This document shows positions 51,472-62,754 of a DNA stretch of 64,000 nt, piece after piece. Within the stretch, counting starts at the first letter, position 1. Every line of letters begins with the position of its first letter. This DNA comes from Scyliorhinus canicula (taxonomy: Eukaryota), in the NCBI RefSeq assembly GCF_902713615.1, contig NC_052160.1, positions 117,096,708 through 117,160,707 on the forward strand. Direction: 5' to 3'. The notes under the pieces are model-generated. The model worked only from the letters and a program-made list of their open reading frames with translations, was not told the DNA's origin and searched no databases. The position numbers were made by a program, and so were the translations under genes.

Positions 51472-51681
51472 TAAAAAAAATAAATTTTTAGAGTACTCAA
51501 TTAATTTTTTCCAATTAAGGGGCAATTTAGCATGGCCAATCCACCTAGCCTGCACATCTTTAGGTTGTGGGGGACACGGGGAGAATGTGCAAACTCCACA
51601 CGGACCCAGGGCCGGGATTCGAACCTGGGACCTTGGCGCCGTGAGACAGCAGGGCTAACCCACTGTGCCACCGTGCTGCCC
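51472..51681 (-). mobile_element. V-SINE, short-tail subfamily with perfect 15-bp TSD
   Basis: GTTAAAGACACAGTT at 51457-51471 and 51682-51696. Confidence 0.92.
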
Positions 51682-51771
51682 GTTAAAGACACAGTTACAC
51701 CTCATGCAATAAGATAACATTTTTTCAGGTGTCTTTGCATGGAGAACAATAACATAAAGTCCATGTAAATT

Positions 51772-52118
51772 CATAGAATCATCGAATTTACAGTGCAGAA
51801 AGAGGCCATTTGGCCCATCGAGTCTGCACCAGCCCTAACAAAGAGCACCCTACTGAAGCCCACGTATCTATCCTATCCCCGTAACCCAGCAACCCCCACT
51901 TAACATTTTTTGGACACTAAGGGCAATTTAACATGGCCAATCCACCTAACCCGCACATCTTTGGACTGTGGGAGGAACCCGGAGCACCCCGAGGAAACCC
52001 ATGAAGACACGGGGAGAACATGCAGACTCCGCACATACAGTGACCCAGCTGGGAATCGAACCTGGGACCCTGGAGCTGTGAAGCAACTGTGCTAACCACT
52101 ATGTTACCGTGCTGTCCC
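51772..52118 (-). mobile_element. V-SINE with CR1-type tail
   Basis: V-domain; tail TACAGTGCAGAAAGAGGCCATTTGGCCCATC. Confidence 0.9.
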
Positions 52119-52934
52119 AATTCAAGTGATATCAGAAGATGTCCATCTGTGCGGACTTCAACAGCGCACCTGCGGAGAAGTGGAAGATCATTAACAGAAA
52201 CGTCTAAACTTCAGTGTTTAACTGCGTATGTGCAATGCCAAAATTTTACATTAATTTCATAGTTGTAATGATAGTGGCACTAACTGTTTTGCCATCATTG
52301 CAACTGCAAAATCTGGGCCATAATAAAACTCTCCTTTTAACAGTGTATATCTAAGTAAATAATAGATTGTGCTCCTTTTTAAATTGGAATCTGAATTTAA
52401 TTGGCAGCCGAAGAGGCTATTTAACACAGGGAGATCAAGACAGGTTGTCAAGCCAGGCATAAACATCACTTTATTATCCACATGGACAAGGGGTGACTAA
52501 AAATGTATTTATATTTCACAGTGACACAACTTCCATAAGAAGGAAAGGTTATTGAGGTCAAACTTTGAGCAGTCACCTTAAAAAAAAGCATTGAGAGAAG
52601 TAGAGATTATTTTAAAGAAGCAAATTATTAGGGGCTGAGCAATATTTTGTCGACATTTCTGAAACAAAAATATCATGAAAAGTTTCTCAGCCAGAAGCTT
52701 TGTGTTCAAGGTCCACTCCAGGACTTGTAGGCCAGGGAAGGGTAATTCATGGCATGGTATAATGGACTGCTAACCAACCCAGGAATCCATCCATCAGCTC
52801 CCCACTATTCTCCAAAGAGGAAAAAAGCATGTGTGAAAGTATACTAAAAGAAAATTGTTACTTGGTGAAATTTCACCGAGTTTTGGTTTAGCGTTCTTTA
52901 ATTTACATGTACTCTCCTGCTTCAAATCAACCCT

Positions 52935-53310
52935 TCTCACAGATTCACAGAATGATACAGCGCACAAGAGGCCCTTCAGCCCATCGAGCCTGCATGAAAA
53001 ATACCTGGCCTGCCTACCTAATCCCATTTGCCAGCACTTGGCCCACAGCCTTGAATATTATGACGTGCCAAGTGCTCATCCAGGTATTTTATAAAGGATG
53101 TGAGGAAACCCTCCTTTACCAGCCTCCCAAGCAGTGTATTCCAGACCATTACCACTCCCTGGGTAAAATGTTTTTTCCTCAAATCCCCTCTAAACCTCCT
53201 GCCCCTGACCTTGAACTTGTGTCCCTCGTAACTGGACCTTCAACTAAGGGGAACAGCTGCTCCCTATCCACCCTGTACATGCCCCTCACAATCTTGCACA
53301 CCTCGATCAG
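52935..53310 (-). mobile_element. CR1-type LINE 3' end
   Basis: LIEVCKIVRGMYRVDREQLFPLVEGPVTR and tail GGCCCTTCAGCCCATCGAG. Confidence 0.85.
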
Positions 53311-55295
53311 TGCCAGTAAAAACTTTACCACCTCTTCAGGACGGCCAGGGTGAGTAGGCAGCACTGTGCCCCTGGCACTAACCCCCATCCCACACACCTG
53401 TAACCCCCATCACCACACACGGAGTACGACTGAACCCACACCCTGCACCAACTGCCCGCACCCATACCGGCCGCCATGAGGCCATGGGGGCCTGCAGTTA
53501 CCCACCAGAATAAATTAACAACTTGATTTTCGAAACTTCAGCGTGTTCTATTTTCTGCAGGAAGCTTCAGGTTGATTTGGGCCTGATTCACGCAAAGAGG
53601 GTTTCATGTTCAAATAAAGACTATTAAAATGTGATAGACCGGGCAAGGAATGTCTTAATGAGAAGCACATAGTGCTGTTTCATAGCAAAGAAATGTATTA
53701 AGTGTTATAACATTATGAAGAAAGTGCATGGTTCACATCTGTGCAGCCTTGTGTTTTTCATACCACCCACTATAGATGAAGAGATTAGCTCCTTTAGCCT
53801 CAAGGTATGATCAAATCCCAATCTGCATTCCTTGTGAGGCCCACATTTGATTTTGATTTGCCTCTAATTTGGCACAGCGAGTTCTTTTCTGCCAACACTG
53901 CCATAATTTTCCAGAATCAATGGGCTCCATTACATGATTCCGGTGATGTAAGGAGAGTAACATGTTATCCTTGAGTGGACTGACTTAACTCATCTAACAG
54001 CAGTGTCAGTCAACTATGATCTTTAGTACATACAGTGCATCATACTGTACTGCTGTTCCTGGTGTTGGGGTTTCTGCACTCACTTTGCAGAACAATAGAT
54101 GTAGGAGTGTCCCTAATGATCCCTGCGGACTGGGAAATGAAACTACTGTCAAAATATAAACAACAAATTTACCCGTCACACAAAAATGCTTTTAATCTTG
54201 TTCTGGTGCAACCTTGAATTCCAGGAAGGATCATGATCAGAAGCAGCATGGGTTTTCTCCACTGTTTTGTTGCCATTGATGTGAGGATGTCAACAAAGTG
54301 GTCATCATCACCAACCCCGCCCCACCTTGTACTTTTATCTGGGACACATTTCCTGAAGGGTTCTAAATTTGAAATGCCCGTGGCACTTCAGTACATGTTA
54401 CAAAAGAAAGCAAATGCACTTAACGTTCTTATTGATCAACGGCAGGTGAGATGCTAACCCAGGCTTTTTTGTTTATGAATTGTACACAATACCGTGCCTA
54501 ACCATCTCGCTATCTGTGAGAAGCCTGGGTAAATACCAATTTTGAAATGATTGGAACCAGATGCCCTGTCATCATTGAACTCTTTTGTTTTCATTGGCTG
54601 CACGGCGTGTTTATAAAACTGCTTCTAATTCTCAAAGCTTCAGGAGAAAGTGTCACAAGTCTGTTGTGAGAGGCCTGTAAACCTTTAATCTGAGGCACAC
54701 CCTGTCATTTAGATCTTCAGATAGAAACATTTTGCTTTTAAAAGAGAGGAAAATATAAGAGTGGAACGAACAGTCAAAAGTGCGTCCGCTTTTAGAACTG
54801 TTCTTTCTATTTGTCAGGGATCTTGCTGGGGGTAGGGACTGAAACGGAAGTGCTCTGGGTCGACAGGAAGTTATCTCAGTCCAGGTGTAGCCCAGTCAAC
54901 AGGAGACCCAAGCTCTCACAGCTCTGCCTTAAAACAATACTCAACCTCAAACTCAAGGTTGCCACATTTTGAGACATTTTGTTATTTTCCCCATTTCCCA
55001 TCGTTGTCTGTATGACATCACTGAGTGATTCTGCCACATGATCCGCTGGTGGAAACTAATTAGTGCTCTAGAACAAGAAGAGGGAGGAATGCGTTTCGGA
55101 CCAGCCAAAATTATTTCACATAGAATCCTTACATCTATCACCAGGTTAAATTCTAATCCTGTTAATCTGGCCTGGAATTGAACTGCATCCCAGAGTTGAA
55201 AGACCGGCATCAAATTAATTTCACCGTTTACTTCCCACCATCAGAGATTTAAGACAATCATATTGTTGATCTAATGACAGAAAAGGCAGAGTCCT

Positions 55296-55497
55296 GGGTG
55301 GCACAGTAGCGCATTGGTTAGTACTGCTGCCTCATGACGCCAAGGACCGGGGATCGATCCAGGCCCCGGGTCAATGTCCGTGTGGAGTTTGCACATTTTT
55401 CCCATGTTTAGTCTGCGTCTCACCCCCGCAACCCAAAGATGTGCAGAGTAGATGCATTGGCCATGCTAAATTGCCCTTTAATTGGAATTTTTTTTTA
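55296..55497 (+). mobile_element. V-SINE, short-tail subfamily
   Basis: V-domain; degenerate TSD AAAAGGCAGAGTCCT / AAAGGGCCGCGTCCG (11/15). Confidence 0.85.
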
Positions 55498-55559
55498 AAA
55501 GGGCCGCGTCCGAAAGGACATTGCTACTAGAACGCATCGAGACCGGGCGGTGAGGGAAC

Positions 55560-57325
55560 AAACAAGAGGGAAAAGCCTACTTCGCCTCATCCTCAATCTA
55601 CCTGTCACAGATGCATTTGTCTATTTCAGAGTCAATGGGATTGAACACGGCACAGTCTTTGTGTAAATTAAGTCCTACCTTCACTATGAGGGTACCCTCC
55701 ATCGTGTTGTGTGGCACGACCACCGTGTTAAATGCTATAGATTTCAATCAGATCTAATAACTCAAAATTGGGCATCCACGAGTTGCCAGAGGTAGTAGAA
55801 TTGTCAACCACAATCTGTAGCTTCATGGCCCAGCATATCTCATACCCTACCACGATCATCAAGCTGGGGGATCAGCCCAGGTTCAATGAAGAGTGCAAGG
55901 GCGCATGGCAGGAGCAATATGAGGCAGACCTAAAAATGAGATGTCAACCTGGTGAAGCTACAACACAGGACTACTTGGGTGTCAAACAACTGCAGCAGTA
56001 TGCAACAAACAGATCTAAATGATCCCATAGCCAACGGGTCAAATCTAAGCTCTGCAACCCTGCCACATCCAGCCGTGAATGGTGGTGGACAATCAAATGG
56101 CTCACTGGAAGAGGAAGTTCCACAAATGTCCTCATCCTCAATGAAAAGAAGCCCAGCACATCAGTGCAAAGGTTAAGGCTGAAGTATTTGCAACAATCAT
56201 CAGCTAGAAGGGTGCATTGGATGTTCCATTTTGGCCTCTTCCCGAGGTCCCCAGCATCACAATTGCAGCATATCAGCAAAACCCTGCTCACCAGTGCTCA
56301 GTTTGGGTTCTGCCAGGGCCACTCTCCTCCTGATTCAGTACAGCCTTGGCCCAACCATGGACAAAACATGAATAACTTGAGAGGTGTGTCAGGCCTTGAC
56401 ACGAAGGCAGCATTTGACTGAGTCTGGCATCAAGGAGCCCTTGCAAAACTGGAGTCAGTGGGTATCCGGGGGAAAACCCTCCACTGGTTGGAGTCATACC
56501 TGGCACAAAAAAGATGTTTGTGGTGATTGGAGCTCAATTATCTTAATCCTAGTCACCAGTGCAGGAGTTCTTCAGCTGAGTGTCATAGGCGCAACTATCT
56601 TCATCAGCTTCATCAATGCCCTTCCCCCGTTTTAAAGCCAGAAGTGGGAATGTTTGTTAATGATTGCACAATGTTCTGTACCATTCATGATTTATCAGAT
56701 ACTGAAGCAGGGTGAGTACATAAGTAGCAAGACCTGGACAACATTCAGGCTTGTGCTGCTAAGTGGCAAGTAACATTCTTGCCACATAAGTGCCAGGCAA
56801 TGACCATCTCCAACAAGGGAGAATCTAACCATTGCCCCTTGACATTCAACAACATAATCACCTCTGAATTTCCCACTATCAACATCCTGGGTGTTACCAT
56901 TGATCAGAAACTGAACTGGACCAGCTATGTGGCTACAAGAGCAAGTCAGAGGCTGGCAATTCTGCGTTAATTCACCTCTTCACTCCCCAAAGCCTCTCCA
57001 CCATCTACAAGGCACAAGTCAGGACAATGATGGAAAATTCTTCACTTGGCTGGATGTGTGCAGCTCGAACAACACTAAAGAAGCTCAGCACCATCCAGGA
57101 TAAAACAGCCTGTTTGATTGAAACCCCACCATCACCTTAAACATTCACTTCCTCCACCACTGATGCACAGTAGCATTAGCCTGTACCATCTTCAAAATGC
57201 ACTGCAGCAACTCACCAAGGCTCTCTTGACAGCGCCTTCTAAATCTGCGGCCTCTGCAACCTAAAGCAACAAGGGCAGCAGATCCACAGGAACACCATCA
57301 CTTTCAAGCCCCCCTCAAAGCCATG
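55560..57325 (+). pseudogene. Decayed CR1-group LINE ORF2 (second family)
   Basis: DQPRFNEECK, QFGFCQGHS, LDTKAAFD.VWH, SAGVLQLSVIGATIFISFINAL, FVNDCT, ILGVTIDQKLNWT, YKAQVR. Confidence 0.85.
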
Positions 57326-57964
57326 GGTAATGTTCTGTCATGAATGTATTTAACATCATGAGTAATATACTGATTAATATATAAATAGTTTGGTTGACAT
57401 CAGCACAGGAAATGATTCGAGTTAGCATGTGAAATAGTAGTTGCAGCAGCATTAATCGGCAGGTAAACCATGTGTGAAGCGCTCGCCAAGAATCCTGCCA
57501 TTATTCTTCAATAAAGAACCCCTGGTTTAGATAACGAAAATTGTCATGATCCGGGGTTCTCCACTTCCAGTCCGCCCCTCTGCCGCTGCAAGCGAGGATG
57601 GAGAATTGGGCACTCAGCCAAATCTCCCACTCACTGCAGCAGGACCCAAAGATCCCGCTACATGAACGGACAGAAGATCCCGCCCATAGTGTTTGGTGCG
57701 TTTGTGTTTTGAGCAAGTAACATAACCTCGTTGATTCAGCGGTATGTTATAGTCTGTGAAATGTCACGCATGTCTCCCATGAATACCTGGAAGCAGCTAG
57801 TGGTGAAAAGGTGAAGTGTCACAGTCACCTGAGGGCCACATGTGTGGGGTTGGCACCAATCCATGTGGCTGCGAGGCTTGGTGCAGGGTCCGGCAAATAT
57901 CCGTGACTGTTTCCTGGAACAGTCACAAGCTTTCTTGGCACTGCCACTGGCACATCTATAGGTA

Positions 57965-58535
57965 GCTTGCAACAACAGCAAGCAGTTAGGAAGGCAAATG
58001 GTAGAGGATTGGAGTACGGGAGCAAGGATGGCTTACTGCAGCTGTACAGGGCCTTAGTGAGACCACACTTGGGGCACCTGTGTGCATTTTTGGCCTCCTT
58101 TTCTAAAAAAGGATGCATTTGTCACAACGGGAGTCCAATGAGGGTCACCAGACTGATTCCTGGGATGGCAGGTTTGTGGTCTGAGGATATATTGGGTCAC
58201 TGGCCCTCTGTCATTTAGAAATTCACTCAAATTTAAAAGAATGAGGGGGGGATCAAATTTAATGCATAAAATTCTGATAGAGATGGACATACTAGATACA
58301 GGGATGTTGTTTCCTCCGGCTGGGAATCTAGAAAAAGTCTCAGGATACGGCATAGGTCATCTAGGACTGAAATGAGAAGAAACCTCTTCTCCAAGAGGGT
58401 GGTCTAAAGGTTTCAAGGACTAAGGAGAGAGTGTAAGGTGTTTATTGATGAGATAGATGATCAGCTATGATCATATTGAATGGTGGAGCAGGATCTAAGG
58501 GCCAAATGGCCAACTCCTAATTTTGATGCTTGTAT
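57965..58535 (+). mobile_element. CR1-type LINE 3' fragment
   Basis: RGLEYGSKDGLLQLYRALVRPHL...TRLIPGMAGL and tail AAGGGCCAAATGGCCAACTCCT. Confidence 0.8.
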
Positions 58536-58600
58536 GTAGCTTGTCTGTGTCCTGAAAATGTGCTGACACACCGGTGACCTTCTCCGATACTTTCCCTAAA

Positions 58601-58897
58601 TCACAGAATGATAGAATCCCTACAGTGCAAAAGGAGACCATTCGGCCCATTGAGTCTGCACTGACCCTCTGAAAACATACACATCTTTGGTCACTAAGGG
58701 ACAATTGAGCATGGCCAATCCACCTAACCTGCACATTTTTAGACTGGGAGAGAAAACCGGAGCACCCGGAGGATACCCACGCAGACATGGGGAGAATGTG
58801 AAAGCTCCACACAGACAGTCACCCAAGGCTGAAATTGAACAAGGGTCCCTGGCACTGTGATGCAGCAATGCTAACCTCTGTGCCACCGTACTGCCCC
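58601..58897 (-). mobile_element. V-SINE with CR1-type tail
   Basis: V-domain; tail CCCTACAGTGCAAAAGGAGACCATTCGGCCC. Confidence 0.88.
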
Positions 58898-60639
58898 ATG
58901 TTGCCCTCTGTTGCTGCCTGCTGCAACAGAGGGCAGGTATTCCACCAAGTGAACTGTGGAGGAAAGGTAGACAGCAAGAGCCGGTGTGTCATGGCTTTCA
59001 TCCATATAGCTACTGCTCAGCGAGATTATCTACGCCTCTCATTTTCCACACCCAAAACCCCACCACTCCACATTGGCCTCTTTTCATTTGGACCCACAAT
59101 CCTGATAGCTACATGTAGGTTTCTCGACATGGCCAATAAAACAGTACAAGTGACACTTGAATTGCAATCCATGACCCTCCAGCCTCCCCTATCACCTTCA
59201 ACTTTGTTCCCCTCACCCTTGACCCTCCCAGCATCACTGTGTACCTTCCCACTCTTAGCCTTCAACCTCCACCTTCTGCCTCGACCCTGTCATTTTGGAA
59301 GAGGAAACCCCATTAGGATTCCTTTTCTAGTCCAAGATACTTCTTGCATCATGCTTGGAGTCTCCACTAAATCTCATGACCCTCCAGCCAAGACATTTCA
59401 ACTTCCCTACCTCAAACTGGACCTGCTCCCCTGTCAAATCGAAGATCCCTGTGACTGACCATACCAGCTCAGCCAGCACCCTGAGTTTGATGCCTTTGGG
59501 CCCCTCATTTTGTTTATCTTCACTGACTGCCCCCATGCCCACTCCCAACCCTGACCACAATCAAGATGGCAGACCCTTCCCATTGCAGACACCACCTGCT
59601 ATTCTCCCTTGAAGTTGTCTTCCAGACCTCCATGCCCTCGTCTGAACTGAACACCCCTCCTCACTCCTGAATCTCCCTTCACGACATCCAATGCGGTCTC
59701 GCGAGACGTTGTGATGTAAACCCCACTCATTGTGGACGGGATCGTTTTTTGGCAAATTTGCTCGTCTCAATTTAATGTGCTGATTCCCGAGGTATCTGAG
59801 GCTTTGGGATTTATCTCCTTTGTCACGGAGACCTCGGGCGAGCACCGTTTGGTACACAGACTTTGTTCCCAATTCATTGAATTGCGTCCCTGGAGTCGTC
59901 ATTAAATACAGCCAAATGTTTCAGGTGGGCCCTTCAACAGATTTCAAAGAAAAGGGTGTTTGAGAGTGGCAAAAATGACAATCCATCTTGCACCCACTTC
60001 ATGCGGCTTTTTTTCTTTACTAACCGTCAATAGTACATTTTGGTGCTATACAGCTCATCATTTGACTACAGGCTCCATGTTTGTTTTGAATACATTTGTT
60101 TTGGTTGTGACTTACTTTCCCTTCATACATCCCTCACAAAGGCTGAAAATATATTTTAAAGTCTTTGATACCTTTTGGATAGTTTAAACTATTTATGGCC
60201 CCACACAAAAGCTGTGAGCCTTTAAGTTACCACACGCCCATGTAGCCCATGGGAGTTCATGAGACACTTTCCCTCCTTAGTGAGCCACTGCCGGTGGATC
60301 CAATCCAGGCCAGGAGCTTCTGCTGGATGGATAATTAAGGAAGATCATCGAAAATCCATTAGGGTCAGCCCTGCGTCATCTCAGTGAGCACAAAGCTCAC
60401 ATTACTACAGCCCGTCCACGTCAGTGCAGCAACTGGAACATTTCCCCTAATATAACTAAAGGTCAAGCCTGTGAATCTTTCAATCTATCCTCAATTTGGG
60501 AAGACGGAAAACAAATAGCTTTGTGTTTTAATTCTTTCAGAAATTGATTTGCTTTTATCTACTTCTCCAACGTTGCAGCATGTGGAAGTCAAAAGCACCC
60601 TGAGCGTGCTCTGAAAATTGTACATTTAATCGACACTCG

Positions 60640-61010
60640 GTCACTTCAGCAGAACTGAAGGAGTGTGGCATTGTCAGTGAAGATGCTGCTTTCCTGTGAG
60701 ATATTAAATTAAAGTCCCCTCTGCCTCTGATTGTGATGGATGTTAAAGTTTCCTGATAATATCTGAAAAAAAAAACAGTAAAACAATTACCCTGGTCAAC
60801 TATCCTCCAGCAACCATCAGTAAGCTCTGGAATTCACTCCCTACACATCTCTGCCTCTTTACAGCCCTGTTCTCCTTCAGGATGCTCCTCAAAGCTTCCC
60901 TCTTTAGCTAAGCTTTTGCTTACCTGTCTTAATGGCTGCTATTGAGCTTGATGTCAAAGTTTTGTTTAATAATGCATCTGCGAAGTCTGTTGAGATGTTA
61001 TACTACATTC
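60640..61010 (+). mobile_element. Old Deu-type SINE core followed by an L2 3' tail
   Basis: CTGAAGGAGTG..GCATTGTC...GAGATATTAAA...GGATGTTAAAG; then CTCTGGAATTC...CTCCTCAAAGC. Confidence 0.45.
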
Positions 61011-61084
61011 ACCAAGAACAACTTATATTTGTATAGCACCATTAACGTAATGAAACACGCCAAGATGTTGCACAAGTTCACACT

Positions 61085-61420
61085 GCAGGAATGCACTCAG
61101 GCTCCTTCGGCAGCACCTTCCAAACCCACCACCACTACCATCGAGACGGGCACATGGGGACCACCACCCACCTAGAAGTTGCCCTCCAAGCCAGAAACCA
61201 TCCTGATTTGGAGATTTGCTGATTTGCTGTTCCTTCACTGTCGCTGGGTCAAAAATCTTGATATTCTCTTCCTAACAGTACTACGTGTGTACCTACACCA
61301 CATGGGCTGCAACAGTTCAAGATGGCAGTTCACCACCACCTTCTCAAGGGCAATTAAGGATGGGCAATAGATATTTGGTCAGCTAGCGATGCCCACGTCC
61401 ATTGAATGATCATAAAAACT
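61085..61420 (+). mobile_element. LINE 3' end
   Basis: CAGCACCTTCCAAACCC...CACCACCACCTTCTCAAGGGCAATTAAGGATGGGCAAT. Confidence 0.8.
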
Positions 61421-61482
61421 TTTATAAACCAAAATATGTTTTAAAAAATGATGCAAATACAATTGATGGGGAATTAATATAT

Positions 61483-62300
61483 GGGGCTGATGGGGCATAG
61501 TGGTAATGCTACCATACCACGGGGGCATGGGTTCCAATCCCATAATAATAATCTTTATTATTGTCACAAGTAGGCTTACATTGAAACTGCAATGAAATTA
61601 CTGTGAAAATCCCCGAGTTGCCACATTCCAGCGCCTGTTCGGGTACACTAAGGGAGAATTCAGAATGTCCAATTCACCTAACAAGCACATCTTTCGGGAC
61701 TTGTGGGAGGAAACCGGAGTATCCGGAAGAAACCCACACAGACATGGGGAGAACGTGCAGACTCCTCACAGACAGTGACCCGGGCCAGGAATCGAACCCG
61801 GGACCCTGGTGCTGTGAAGCAACAGTGCTAACCGCTGTGCTACCCTGCCATCAATTTATATTGACAGCTGCCTCTGGGAACCATGAACGTGCTAGTTATA
61901 ACCTGCCCCTATTTCTCCCCACTGCAACCAGTGACCCAAACAGGAATCGGTCTTGGGACCATGGCGCTGTCAAGCAACAGAGCTAACCACTGTGCGACAT
62001 TGACACCCAGCATGGTGGAACCAAAATTTGATTATATGGAATTGATAGCTAGTCTCAGTGTTGGTGATTATGGAACTATCATTGGATGTCGCAAAAAATC
62101 TGATCCGCAAATGTCCTTTCGATAAGGAAATCTACCATCCTTACCCAGTCTGGCCCACAGGTGAGTCCAGACTCACAGAAACGTGGTTCACTTGTAATTG
62201 TCCTCTGGAAAGACCCAGCAAACCACTCAGTTCAAGGGCAATTATAGTTGGACAACAAACGCTGGCCCTGTCCACATCCTGTGAAAGAATAAGGGAGAAA
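61483..62300 (+). mobile_element. SINE of the 15163 family, interrupted by the V-SINE at 61543-62007
   Basis: Head with GGGTTCCAATCCCA at ~61530; body resumes after ~62008 and runs to the AAGGGCAATTA tail. Confidence 0.7.
61543..62007 (-). mobile_element. Chimeric V-SINE ((TAA)n tail) containing a segment copied from the 47.3-kb locus
   Basis: Two SINE heads separated by ~77 bp identical to the non-SINE flank at 47310-47386. Confidence 0.85.
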
Positions 62301-62545
62301 AAAATTGACATATAATTTGTTTTTGTTAGTTGAAATTCTCTTAATTTGCACAAAATGCATTTTGATGTCCTTGTACTACATGAGAACTCAATAATCTGGA
62401 CTAACCAGTGTTCTTAACCACGGGTAGAGTATGACAAAATAAGCAGTGTTTGCATTTTATGGAAATATGAGTATTATTAACGTAATTGGATATTAAGTGC
62501 ATATAATCCCTGTATCCGATCACTATGCAGACCAAGTCATAGAAT

Positions 62546-62754
62546 ACTTGCCCTCGGTCTTTTGGCTAAGATGAGCGTGATGTCAGGTGTAATGCCTGGC
62601 TCTGGGATATCTCTCTTGTGGGGAATATGAATTGGATTCAATTAGAATTGGTTTTTGGAGCAAACAAGGAGCTGGAATAGGCGTTTGGCTCTGTCCACAC
62701 TCTGGACTCCAGCTTTTTAACTCTGATAAAAGTACTAAAAATTAAAAATTAAAA
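62546..62754 (+). ncRNA. U2 snRNA-derived element (divergent retrocopy or candidate snRNA-derived SINE); not a canonical U2 gene
   Basis: CTCGGTCTTTTGGCTAAGAT (19/20 to the U2 5' end), Sm-like TGGTTTTTGGAGCA, GGAGCTGGAATAGGCGTTTGGCTCTGTCCAC (stem III region), then an A-rich tail. Confidence 0.75.

Noticed and set aside
57903-57926. GTGACTGTT-TCCTGG-AACAGTCAC hairpin with a STAT-like core
   Set aside because: A 9-bp stem can arise by chance in 64 kb; no supporting context.
58835-59458. 207-aa ORF
   Set aside because: Starts inside a SINE; no recognisable domain or splice structure.
3193-62000. Recurrent peptide ...GFPPGAPVSSHSPKMCGLGGLAMLNCP suggesting a gene family
   Set aside because: It is the translation of the V-SINE core.
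62546-62700. Functional canonical U2 snRNA gene
   Set aside because: Branch-point recognition sequence and stem-loop IV are missing, and an A-rich tail is present.
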